Source: Candidatus Poribacteria bacterium
GTDB taxonomy: Bacteria; Poribacteria; WGA-4E; WGA-3G
Direction of reading: 5' to 3'
Length of the DNA stretch: 64,000 bases
Assembly: GCA_965242965.1 (NCBI GenBank)
Contig: OZ251518.1
Location: forward strand, 4,096,001-4,160,000
Part shown: one piece after another, positions 17,749-27,309 of the stretch
Numbering within the stretch: the stretch's first letter is position 1
Layout: each line of letters starts with the position of its first letter
Position numbers and translations under genes: made by a program
Notes under the pieces: generated by a model
What the model was told of the DNA's origin: nothing
Databases searched by the model: none
The model's input: the letters and a program-made list of their open reading frames with translations, nothing else

Positions 17749-19350
17749 ATGGCAACCCGATATTTTGAGACGCAGGGACCGGTAGATGCCGCCGTAAACT
17801 ACGTTGTCTCCCGGCAATCGGAACGCGCCGATTTCATCCAGCGCGTCAAGCGCGGGCGATACATTGTCATGTTCGCACCACGGCAAACAGGAAAAACGAC
17901 GTTCTTCCGGTGGGCCCTAGCCGAACTCGCGGCAGAAGACGCAACCTATTTTCCGATTCAATTCAATTTTGATGTGTATGAAGGCCGGCCCGCCGCCCGG
18001 TTTTATCCGCATTTCGCTAAAAAACTCCGCGAGGCAATTGAGGGAGTCTTCTACGAGCGTGACATCAAGCTGCCTCCGCCGCTCGCACAGTTTTTAGCGG
18101 ACGCGACGATAGCCGACCAGGTAGATATGCTAGATTTCTTTCAGGCGTTGGGACGGCATCTCACCGACTATCGCGTCGTGCTACTGATAGACGAGTTTGA
18201 TGGCATCCCGCCTGAGGCAGTGACAGGGTTTCTTCACGCACTCCGTCATATCTATATTTCCGGTGTCGCGGCTCGGTGTCCTTATAGCGTCGGCATCATC
18301 GGGGTGAAGAACGTCGTGCAACTGAACTACGATAGGACGATTTCGCCGTTTAATATACAAGAGGAGTTCCACTTACCCAACTTCACGTTGGAGCAGGTGC
18401 AGGAACTGCTCGGACAGTATACCGCTGAAGTCGGACAGCCGTTTGACCCGGCAGTCGTTGAAACCCTGCATCGGCAGAGCGGGGGGCAACCGTTTCTCGT
18501 CAATCGCCTCGCGCAACTCCTTACACAGGAACTGGAGATACCGAAAACGGAGACTGTCTCACTGACGCACTTCGCGGCAGCACATGCCGCCGTGCTGGTG
18601 GAAGATAACGTCAACATCCAGCATCTGCGCGCCAATGTCCGACGAAATCCGCGGTTTGAACGCCTCCTCATGAACATCGCCTTATCAGAAAACGGCGTGC
18701 TCTTCACGCGTGACAACGAAGTCATGAGCGAACTTGCAACGTATGGTGTCATCGCCCGGGGAACCGATGGCATGTGTGAGATTGTTAATCCCATTTATCT
18801 TTACCGTATCCTGCGAACCTTCGCACCACTCGTCAACGGCTTAGAAGCCGACTATTTCCCCGCCGACACCGGCGGCGCAGGACACTACCTCACCGCCGAA
18901 GGGCAGCTGCGAATGGACAGGCTCATGGAGAACTTCCGCGACTTCATCGCCCGCGTCGGGTTCAGAATTCTGAATGTGCCGGAGACACCGCGGGAATATG
19001 TGGGACAACGCCTGCTGTTCGCCTATCTCGAACAGGTGGTGAAGCAGCAAGGCGGCGGGATGTACCTTGAAGTGCCGACAGGGCGCGGCCGCATGGATTT
19101 ACTCGTCGTTCACCGCGGCCGCAAATATATCGTAGAAACGAAGATTTGGCACGGCGCAGAGAGGTATGCAGCCGGCAAACGGCAACTCGCCAAGTATCTC
19201 GCGCTAGAAGATGCCGCCGAGGGATATTACCTCGTCTTCGATCACCGGCAACAGCCACAGCCGCGTACGGAAACCGAGCAGATAGAAGGCAGAACGCTCC
19301 GGAGTTATGTCATCCCCATCGTCCAAGAACGCCCATCGGACACCGCGTAA
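17749..19350 (+). CDS. AAA-like ATPase/PD-(D/E)XK nuclease, copy 3
   Basis: Same motifs; start MATRYF at 17749 by paralogy, with SD AAGGAGG. Confidence 0.85.
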   Translation: MATRYFETQGPVDAAVNYVVSRQSERADFIQRVKRGRYIVMFAPRQTGKTTFFRWALAELAAEDATYFPIQFNFDVYEGRPAARFYPHFAKKLREAIEGVFYERDIKLPPPLAQFLADATIADQVDMLDFFQALGRHLTDYRVVLLIDEFDGIPPEAVTGFLHALRHIYISGVAARCPYSVGIIGVKNVVQLNYDRTISPFNIQEEFHLPNFTLEQVQELLGQYTAEVGQPFDPAVVETLHRQSGGQPFLVNRLAQLLTQELEIPKTETVSLTHFAAAHAAVLVEDNVNIQHLRANVRRNPRFERLLMNIALSENGVLFTRDNEVMSELATYGVIARGTDGMCEIVNPIYLYRILRTFAPLVNGLEADYFPADTGGAGHYLTAEGQLRMDRLMENFRDFIARVGFRILNVPETPREYVGQRLLFAYLEQVVKQQGGGMYLEVPTGRGRMDLLVVHRGRKYIVETKIWHGAERYAAGKRQLAKYLALEDAAEGYYLVFDHRQQPQPRTETEQIEGRTLRSYVIPIVQERPSDTA

Positions 19351-19405
19351 GCGCGCGGGGTGTTCGCTATGAGGAGCACCGCTATCCGCTAAGGAGGAAA
19401 CAGTT

Positions 19406-21010
19406 ATGGCAACCCGATATTTTGAGACGCAGGGACCGGTAGATGCCGCCGTGAACTACGTTGTCTCCCGTCAATCGGAACGCGCCGATTTCATTCAGCG
19501 CGTCAAGCGCGGGCGATACATCGTCATGTTCGCACCACGGCAAACAGGAAAAACGACGTTCTTCCACGCCGCCCTGGAGACGCTTGCGGCAGAAGAGCCC
19601 ACCTACTTTCCTATCGCCCTCAATTTTGAGGAATATGAAGGCCTCACTGCCCCCGATTTTTACGAGGGGCTCCGTGAAGATATATTGGCAGCAATAGAGA
19701 ACACGTTTCATCAACGTGGCAGCGAACCTTCTGAGGCATTATCGCGATTTCTGGCGGAGGCGCAGATAACAAACCATATTGCCATGAGACGATTTCTTAG
19801 CCGGTTCGCGCGTTTTTTGGATGGGCAGCGGGTTGTCCTGCTCATTGATGAATTTGATGGCATCCCATCAGATGCGGTGATGGGGTTCCTCCATTCTCTC
19901 CGCCGTGTCTATGTCTCCGAGCCGCGCGACACTCGGTGTCCCTATAGTGTCTGTATCGTGGGGGTGAAGAACGTCGCGCAGTTGAATTACGATAGGACGA
20001 TTTCGCCGTTTAATATCCAAGAGGAGTTCCATTTGCCCGGCTTCACGTTGGAACAAGTGCAAGAACTGCTCGGACAGTATACCGCTGAAGTCGGACAATC
20101 GTTTGAACCCGAAGTCCTCGCAACGCTGCAGCGGCAGACAGGCGGACAACCGTTTCTCGTCAACCGCCTCGCGCAACTCCTCACACAGGAACTGGACATC
20201 CCCAAAGACATCACCATTTCCCTGGAACACTTTGCCCAGGCACATCAGAAACTCTTGATGGAAGACAATGTCAACTTTAATCATTTGACGACGAATGTCC
20301 AGCGAGACCCGAGATTTGAACACCTGTTGATGCGCATTGCTTCCTCGGCGCAACCCATCAGTTTCAATCCCTGGAATGATGTCATGAAGGAACTCGCAAC
20401 CTACGGTGTCATCGCGAAAGCGAACGATGGCAAATGTGAGATTGTCAATCCCATCTATCAGTATTGCGTCATCCGGGCATTTCAGCGGGAAATTAACGGT
20501 TTAGAAGGGGACTACTTCCCTGCGACTACCCGCACCGGGTATCAGGATTATCTCACCCCAACCGGCGACATCGCCCTGGCACCCTTGCTAGACAATTTTC
20601 GCGATTTCATCGTGCGTGCGGGGTTTCGGCTCCTCCACGTGCCGCAGCTCCCCCGGGAATCGGTGGGCCAACACCTCTTGGCGGCTTACCTCGATGGCTT
20701 TGTGAAAGCCGTCGGCGGTTTCCTCTATCTTGAAGTACCAACCGGACGGGGCCGGATAGATATGATCATCCTCCACAACCGGCGCAAGTATATCGTGGAG
20801 ACGAAGATATGGGGGGGCGCAGGACATTATGAAGCCGGAAAGAAACAACTCGTTGCATATCTCACGCTTGAGGATGCCGCCGAGGGATATTATCTCGTCT
20901 TCGATCACCGGCAGCAGCCGCAGCCGCTTACGGAAACCGAGCAGATAGAGGGCAGAACGCTCCGGAGCTATGTCATTCCCATCATCCAAGAACGCCCATC
21001 GGACGCTTGA
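19406..21010 (+). CDS. AAA-like ATPase/PD-(D/E)XK nuclease, copy 4 (divergent C-terminal half)
   Basis: Same motifs; EVPTGRGRID...VETK retained. Confidence 0.85.
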   Translation: MATRYFETQGPVDAAVNYVVSRQSERADFIQRVKRGRYIVMFAPRQTGKTTFFHAALETLAAEEPTYFPIALNFEEYEGLTAPDFYEGLREDILAAIENTFHQRGSEPSEALSRFLAEAQITNHIAMRRFLSRFARFLDGQRVVLLIDEFDGIPSDAVMGFLHSLRRVYVSEPRDTRCPYSVCIVGVKNVAQLNYDRTISPFNIQEEFHLPGFTLEQVQELLGQYTAEVGQSFEPEVLATLQRQTGGQPFLVNRLAQLLTQELDIPKDITISLEHFAQAHQKLLMEDNVNFNHLTTNVQRDPRFEHLLMRIASSAQPISFNPWNDVMKELATYGVIAKANDGKCEIVNPIYQYCVIRAFQREINGLEGDYFPATTRTGYQDYLTPTGDIALAPLLDNFRDFIVRAGFRLLHVPQLPRESVGQHLLAAYLDGFVKAVGGFLYLEVPTGRGRIDMIILHNRRKYIVETKIWGGAGHYEAGKKQLVAYLTLEDAAEGYYLVFDHRQQPQPLTETEQIEGRTLRSYVIPIIQERPSDA

Positions 21011-21019
21011 GGAAACAGA

Positions 21020-23227
21020 ATGATTGCGGAAACAAATCAATTCCACAGCGCACTTTCCAAGTGCGCCTACCAATGCCAGAACATGCTTGCAAAACGGTAT
21101 TTTCTCTGTTTTCTGCTGTGCACTATTCCACTCATCGGGCAGCCGCAAGGCACGTGGCAGCCGATGTCAGCCGGCCCGCCGAGCGCGCGATGGCTCCATA
21201 CCGCTGTCTGGACAGGCGAAGCGTTCATCGTCTGGGGCGGCATTGATGCAAACGGCCCACTTCAGATAGGCGGCGGTTATATACCTGCGACGAACGTTTG
21301 GAGTCCACTTCCTACCGAGGGCGCGCCCGCTGCACGCGCAGACCACGGTGCTATCTGGACAGGCACACAGTTGATTGTTTGGGGAGGATTTGATAGAGAA
21401 AACACCGCACTGAAGAATGGCGGCATTTACACGCCAACATATCGGCAGTGGAATCGCCTCCCTGTCCAGAATGCCCCGGAGGCACGCGGTGGCCATACCG
21501 CTATCTGGACAGGACAGGAACTGATTATCTGGGGAGGATGGAACGGCAAAGGGATGCATTTTAGCACAGGGGGCCGTTACTCGCCAGAAAACAAGATGTG
21601 GCAACCGATGTCTCTCCACCATGCGCCGAAGCCACGCACGAGTCACACCGCTGTCTGGACAGGGGAAACGATGCTTGTCTGGGGTGGCGTGGATAAGCAC
21701 AAACAGCCTCTCCAAACCGGCGGTGTTTATGAACCCAAAACCGATGCGTGGTATCCTATTTCTATGACAAGCGCGCCATCGCCTCGCAGCGTGCATACGG
21801 CTGTCTGGACAGGGGAAACAATGCTTATCTGGGGTGGATTGGATAACGGACAACAACCCCTCCACACCGGTGGCATCTACTCGCCGATGACGGATACGTG
21901 GAAACCCCTCTCTACGAGAGCTGCGCCGAGTGCCCGCGCCGGCCACACCGCAATGTGGATAGGCGACAAGATGCTGGTATGGGGAGGCTTTGATAGGAAG
22001 GGACAACTCCTGCAGACAGGCGCGCTTTATGAACCGAGAACGGATGCATGGATGCCTCTCCCCGCGCAAAACGCACCCATCGGCAGACTCGGGCACGCAG
22101 CTGCGTGGACAGGCACGCAACTGCTCGTGTGGGGCGGCACCGATAAACGGCGTTATCTGGACAGCGGCAGCCGTTATGTCCCAGTAACCGCGCGGTGGCG
22201 GGCATTGCCCAATGAACGCGGTGCCACCGCTCGCGGCGGACACACCGCTGTCTGGACAGGAAAGGAAATGCTCATCTGGGGCGGCACGTCGCGAACCGGC
22301 TATCTCAATAGCGGCGGCAGTTACGCACCGAAAACTAACGCGTGGAAACCGCTCGCAACGGATGGCGCGCCTGCTGAACGCGCCGGACATACGGCAGTGT
22401 GGACAGGGACAGAGATGCTCGTTTGGGGAGGCACCTCACAGACAGGGCACCTCAATAGCGGCGGCAGTTACTCGCGGAAAACCGACGCATGGAAACCGCT
22501 TGCAACGCAGCAGGCACCTGAAAGCGCGCTTCTTCATAGTGCCGTTTGGACTGGCACGCAACTTATTGTGTGGGGTGGAATGAATATCTCTGAGATGCCG
22601 GTGAAGACAGGAGCGATTTACACACCCGATACTGACGTTTGGATGCCTATCTCCGTTGAGAACGCGCCGAGTCCTCGCAGTGGACACACCGCCGTATGGA
22701 GCGGCGAGATGATGCTCGTCTGGGGAGGAACTACACAGGACGGATATGTCAACACAGGCGGCCGGTATCACCTCGCGACTGATACATGGCACCCGCTGAG
22801 CCTCATCGGTGCGCCGGAGGGACGGTTCGGGCATACCGCCGTTTGGACTGGCACGCAAATGTTGATTTGGGGTGGCACTGATGGCGGACAGCCGCTCAGC
22901 ACTGGGCGAATCTATGATGCCAAAACGGATACGTGGCACCCGCTCCCTACGGAAAACGCGCCCGAGGCACGCTTCGGACATCGCGCAATCTGGAACGGCT
23001 CCGTGATGATTATCTGGGGTGGCTACGGTAGCCAAGGCAAACCGCTGAAGACAGGCGGCATGTATGAACCGCAAACCGAGACGTGGCGTTCCCTATCCAC
23101 TGAAGGAATCCCAGATGGGCGCGTGCTTCACACCGCGATTTGGGCAGGCGATAAACTGATAGTTTGGGGCGGCACGGACGGTAAGTTTCCGCAAAATACG
23201 GGCGCGATATGGAGGCAGATACCGTAG
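21020..23227 (+). CDS. Kelch-like repeat beta-propeller protein (14 repeats)
   Basis: Fourteen ~50-aa R..HTAVWTG..M.VWGG...GG.Y.P.TD.W repeats; hydrophobic N-terminal segment (alternative start 21083). Confidence 0.9.
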   Translation: MIAETNQFHSALSKCAYQCQNMLAKRYFLCFLLCTIPLIGQPQGTWQPMSAGPPSARWLHTAVWTGEAFIVWGGIDANGPLQIGGGYIPATNVWSPLPTEGAPAARADHGAIWTGTQLIVWGGFDRENTALKNGGIYTPTYRQWNRLPVQNAPEARGGHTAIWTGQELIIWGGWNGKGMHFSTGGRYSPENKMWQPMSLHHAPKPRTSHTAVWTGETMLVWGGVDKHKQPLQTGGVYEPKTDAWYPISMTSAPSPRSVHTAVWTGETMLIWGGLDNGQQPLHTGGIYSPMTDTWKPLSTRAAPSARAGHTAMWIGDKMLVWGGFDRKGQLLQTGALYEPRTDAWMPLPAQNAPIGRLGHAAAWTGTQLLVWGGTDKRRYLDSGSRYVPVTARWRALPNERGATARGGHTAVWTGKEMLIWGGTSRTGYLNSGGSYAPKTNAWKPLATDGAPAERAGHTAVWTGTEMLVWGGTSQTGHLNSGGSYSRKTDAWKPLATQQAPESALLHSAVWTGTQLIVWGGMNISEMPVKTGAIYTPDTDVWMPISVENAPSPRSGHTAVWSGEMMLVWGGTTQDGYVNTGGRYHLATDTWHPLSLIGAPEGRFGHTAVWTGTQMLIWGGTDGGQPLSTGRIYDAKTDTWHPLPTENAPEARFGHRAIWNGSVMIIWGGYGSQGKPLKTGGMYEPQTETWRSLSTEGIPDGRVLHTAIWAGDKLIVWGGTDGKFPQNTGAIWRQIP

Positions 23228-23475
23228 ACGCGGTTTGAAACAGTGCCTACGGCATGTAGGTGAGTCCTCCCGGTCTCGATGAAACATCCGGTATCGGGAC
23301 AAGGATGTCCCTCCTACCGAACCGGCTCCGGTATCGGGACAAGGATGTCCCTCCTACCGAAGAAGGATGTCTCCATCGCATGCTTATTCCCCGGCTCCAA
23401 CTCCAACACCTTTTCACAGGTAGGCGAGCCCTCCCGGTCTCGATGAAACATCGGCGCACGCTTTGATGCCTACGG
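23224..23475. repeat. REP cluster containing a 48-bp copy of the adjacent gene's 3' end
   Basis: C/D-type hairpins; 23369-23416 is identical to 23506-23553. Confidence 0.9.
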
Positions 23476-23483
23476 TATTCTGT

Positions 23484-25163
23484 CTACTCGCGGAGCTGCA
23501 CCAGCGTCTCCATCGCATGCTTATTCCCCGGCTCCAACTCCAACACCTTTTCAAAAGCAGCTATTGCTTCTGAGACGTTACCAAGATTCTGGTGTGCCAC
23601 TCCCAATGCGCCGTAAGCGCGGGCGTGCGCCGAGTCAAGTGCCAGCACCTTTTCAAACTGCGCCACCGCCTTTGCGTAGTGGGTTTGCGTCAAAAAGATT
23701 AAGCCGAGTCTGTAAATCGCTTGCACATCTGTTGCATCGTCAGCGATGGCGACTTTGTAGTGCGGCTCGGCTTTGACATACGCCTGTTTTTTCCAATACA
23801 CCTCGGCGAGCGCGCGATGCAACGCAGGGGTATCGGGCGTGAGCACCAACGCCTTTTGATACGCCGCGATTGCTGTCACGTTCCTCCCAAGTTGATAATA
23901 GACGCGCCCCAAATAATAGTGAACCTCCGCTGTCAAATCGGTAATCTCCGTGGGTGTCATGTCCGTTTCACTGCGGAGCAACACGTGCGCGCTCTCAAAT
24001 GCGGCGATTGCCTCGTTATACCGTTCCGTATGAAGCAACGCGATACCGTAATCCCGCCACACCTCCACATCTTTTTGCTGATGCGAGATGAGGGGTTCAA
24101 ATTCTGCGGCGGCACTTGCAAAATCGCCTTCGGACAGATAACGTCTGCCGCGTTCGGCATAGAGTGGTGCAGTCACGCCTGCGCGAAGCACCTCCCACCA
24201 GAGCGGTTCAAGTAACCGGTTGAATCGGCTGGGTTCGCGCGCTGAGGTTGCATGCCGTTTTGCCGCCGCGGTATCGCCCAAGGCGAGATGCACTTGCGCC
24301 ATCAAGGCATGCGCCTCACGCTGATGCGGGTTAATCCGAAGGGCGCGTGCCAAATGTGTCCGTGCAAGCCCCACTTGCTGTCTCGTGAAGGCAATCTCTC
24401 CAAGCCAGAGTTCCGAAAACGGATTGTCGGGTTGGAGGATATTCGCGCGGGATAGGTGGTGCTTCGCCTCCTCAAGCCGGCCAAGCACCCGTAACGCCGA
24501 GGCGAGATAGAGATGCGCCGGCACATCCCCCGCCTTCAACGCCAGCGCACGTGTGAAGGCCTGCACCGCCGTTTGCGGTTCACGCTGCACCGTCACCCTG
24601 CCGAGAAAATAGTGCCACCGGAATCCATTCGGTGCGAGACGACTCGCTTGCCGATAACACGCCACCGATGTTTCTTCCCAGCCGTGGACGAGGTAGACAT
24701 GTCCTAATTTCCCCCACGCCTCGGCATCGTCAGGCGCATCCCGAACGGCTTGCTGCGCCAGCGCGATTGCATCCAACAGCAATTTCTCCGAAACGAGATG
24801 TAGATCAGCGGGTTCCGGAATCTCAATCTCCTCGGCAGCCATAGGCATCGCGTTTATCATCATAAGCAGCAGGGTAACCCCAAACAGGCTCCCTAGGCGC
24901 GCTTTGCCTGTAGGTGAGCCCTCCCGGTCTCGATGCATGCGATTTCGGGACAGGGATGTCCCTCCTACCGCACACCCCGTAGGAGAGCCCTCCTGGTCTC
25001 GCTGCATGCGATTTCGGGACAGGGATGTCCCTCCTACCGCACACCCCGTAGGAGAGCCCTCCCGGTCTCGATGGATGCGATTTCGGGACAAGGATGTCCC
25101 TCCTACCGCACACTCCGTAGGCGAGCCCTCCTGGTCTCGATGATGCTTGTATCTGAAATTCAA
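23484..25163 (-). CDS. Secreted TPR-repeat protein; 5' end uncertain because of an in-frame REP array
   Basis: Many TPRs (AEAWGKLGHVY, AYGALGVAH..LGN). TTG 25163 overlaps the upstream TGA; h-region LGSLFGVTLLLMM follows the repeat-encoded segment. Confidence 0.8.
   Translation of the reverse strand: MNFRYKHHRDQEGSPTECAVGGTSLSRNRIHRDREGSPTGCAVGGTSLSRNRMQRDQEGSPTGCAVGGTSLSRNRMHRDREGSPTGKARLGSLFGVTLLLMMINAMPMAAEEIEIPEPADLHLVSEKLLLDAIALAQQAVRDAPDDAEAWGKLGHVYLVHGWEETSVACYRQASRLAPNGFRWHYFLGRVTVQREPQTAVQAFTRALALKAGDVPAHLYLASALRVLGRLEEAKHHLSRANILQPDNPFSELWLGEIAFTRQQVGLARTHLARALRINPHQREAHALMAQVHLALGDTAAAKRHATSAREPSRFNRLLEPLWWEVLRAGVTAPLYAERGRRYLSEGDFASAAAEFEPLISHQQKDVEVWRDYGIALLHTERYNEAIAAFESAHVLLRSETDMTPTEITDLTAEVHYYLGRVYYQLGRNVTAIAAYQKALVLTPDTPALHRALAEVYWKKQAYVKAEPHYKVAIADDATDVQAIYRLGLIFLTQTHYAKAVAQFEKVLALDSAHARAYGALGVAHQNLGNVSEAIAAFEKVLELEPGNKHAMETLVQLRE
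24910..25142. repeat. 69-bp period tandem of C/D REP doublets (3 full + 1 partial)
   Basis: GTAG starts at 24910, 24979, 25048 and 25117. Confidence 0.95.
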
Positions 25164-26872
25164 AACGGTTCCCCCTCTCCCTGAACAACTATCACCCGTT
25201 GATTGACAGCCGCACCGCGAAATTGTTCACGACGGCCATCAGGCCACCGCACCTCAATCGCTTGAATTGCATCAGTAGTGCCCAATCCGAAATGCACACT
25301 CGGTTCGCTGCTGCTAAGATAACTGCTATTCGGCAGCACGAAGCCGGTGTAAACCTGCGATGCTTTTCCGCCGATTTTAATCGTCACCTGTGCGCCGAGG
25401 GCATCTCGGTTTTGAGCCATCGCGCGCACGAGAAGCCAGTTGTGTTTGGGTGGCGGCGCATCGTTTCGGAAAACGCGAAGACGATTGTCAAGCATGGTGA
25501 CGACGATGTCTAAATCGCCATCTCTATCAATATCGCCGAAAGCCGCGCCGCGGCTCACCTCAATCTGTCCTGTGAAATCTGATGCCCGCGAACTGACATC
25601 GGTGAAAATAGGTAGCTCTGCCTGTCCGCCGTTCCGAGAATTCTGAAACAGCAGATTCGGTTCGGCATAAAATCCCCAGAATTCCCCCGCGTTCTTGCCT
25701 TCACTGACAGGAATGACAGGCATGACAGGCCCGCGTTTCACTCTACCGTTAACGACAGCAATATCCACATCTGCATCGTTGTCAAAATCGATGAACCCAC
25801 AGCCAAATCCTGTGAACGGCACATCGCGTCCAGCAAACCCGACGACTTCTGTCATATCCATGAAAGTCGCGCCTGACGCACCGCCGATATAGAGGGTGTT
25901 CGTCTCATCGGTTAAGTGCGTTACAAACAGCTCCGGGTGCGTGTCGCCGTTGACATCCCCGACAGCGATGCCCATGCTCCCCTCCGGTTGTCCGTAGGTG
26001 TTGAAGGCGAGTCCTCGCAAAATAGCCTCCTCGGTAAACGTGTTATCCTTTTGGTTCTTTTGGTTTACCCAAAGTTGATTCGCCTCTCCATCGTTAGCGA
26101 CGTAGAAATCGCTCCAGCCATCTCCCGTTAAATCGAGGCAGACGACACCGAGCCCGCGCCCCGGAGCCCCCGCGATGCCGACTTGTTCTGTCATGTCCGT
26201 GAAAGTGCCATCGCCGTTATTGAGGAAGAACCTGTCTGGGGCAGGAGGAAACCTTTGCGGATTGCAGTAATCTCGCGCGCCGTGTTTGCCTCGACAAATC
26301 GCCGCCGCGTCAAATTGAACATAGTTTGCCACGTAGAGATCGAGGTATCCGTCCCTGTTGACATCGCCAAACGCTGCGGATGTCCCCCATGCATCGTTGG
26401 AAAGTCCAACGGACTCTAACGTGAAAGTGCCATCGCCGTTATTGCGATAGAAAGCATCCGGTCCGAAGTTTGTCACGTAGACATCGGCATCGCCATCGTT
26501 ATCTACATCGCCGATAGCCACGCCTTGGCCGTATCCCGGATGCCCAATCGCGGCGGTTTCTGTGACATCAACGAACGTTCCATCGGATTGTTGCCGGTAT
26601 AGCCGATTCGGCGCGGGCATGTCTGACTGCCCGGGCGGCGGAAATCGGATATGCAGGATATCCAGCGCGCCATCGCCATTGAAATCAAATAGCGCAACAC
26701 CGCTTCCAATGACTTCGTGGAGCGCGTAAGTGCCGGCAGGCCACAAAGCATCCGTTTGCCGAAAGCCGAGTTCCGTGGTTATTTCAACAAACAGCGGCGC
26801 GTCCGATGCCGCTTGGCTTGCGCATACCACTATCGCGGCGATAATCAATGCGAGCGCGTAGCGTTTAAACAC
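25160..26872 (-). CDS. CRTAC1-family FG-GAP/ASPIC-UnbV secreted protein
   Basis: GSGVALFDFNGDG, GQGVAIGDVDNDGD, SRGAAFGDIDRDGD, SYLSSS...HFGLG, VRWPDG. GTG start 26872 after GGAGA. Confidence 0.9.
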   Translation of the reverse strand: MFKRYALALIIAAIVVCASQAASDAPLFVEITTELGFRQTDALWPAGTYALHEVIGSGVALFDFNGDGALDILHIRFPPPGQSDMPAPNRLYRQQSDGTFVDVTETAAIGHPGYGQGVAIGDVDNDGDADVYVTNFGPDAFYRNNGDGTFTLESVGLSNDAWGTSAAFGDVNRDGYLDLYVANYVQFDAAAICRGKHGARDYCNPQRFPPAPDRFFLNNGDGTFTDMTEQVGIAGAPGRGLGVVCLDLTGDGWSDFYVANDGEANQLWVNQKNQKDNTFTEEAILRGLAFNTYGQPEGSMGIAVGDVNGDTHPELFVTHLTDETNTLYIGGASGATFMDMTEVVGFAGRDVPFTGFGCGFIDFDNDADVDIAVVNGRVKRGPVMPVIPVSEGKNAGEFWGFYAEPNLLFQNSRNGGQAELPIFTDVSSRASDFTGQIEVSRGAAFGDIDRDGDLDIVVTMLDNRLRVFRNDAPPPKHNWLLVRAMAQNRDALGAQVTIKIGGKASQVYTGFVLPNSSYLSSSEPSVHFGLGTTDAIQAIEVRWPDGRREQFRGAAVNQRVIVVQGEGEPF

Positions 26873-26906
26873 GTTATTTTCTCCGAACGTTCTCATTTTC
26901 CTAGAG

Positions 26907-27182
26907 CATCGAGACACCAAGAAGGCATCGAGACCAGGAGGTCTCTCCTACGGTGTCTCTTCGGTAGGAGGGACATCCCTGTCCCGAAACCGGAACATCG
27001 TGTGCGGTAGGAGGGACATCCCTGTCCCGAAACCGCATGCATCGAGACCAGGAGGTCTCTCCTACGGTGTCTCTTCGGTAGGAGGGACATCCCTGTCCCG
27101 AAATCGGGACATCGTGTGCGGTAGGAGGGACATCCCTGTCCCGAAATCGATGCATCGAGACCCGGAGGACTCTCCTACCGGG
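26907..27182. repeat. C/D-type REP tandem cluster
   Basis: Repeated GTAGGAGGGACATCCCTGTCCCG and inverted CGAGACCAGGAGGTCTCTCCTAC. Confidence 0.95.
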
Positions 27183-27309
27183 ACATTTTTTCTTGCATAA
27201 AAACGTTCCATCGTGTATCATATATAGCACAGGATTTACGCAGCCGAATGAGAGATTCTGGCATTTGCGTCCGTCCTGTATCATATAGACTCTGGAAAAG
27301 GAGAACATC

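Noticed and set aside
21167-23074. Long antisense ORFs (407 and 212 aa) opposite the Kelch gene
   Set aside because: Shadow frames of a repetitive GC-rich gene.
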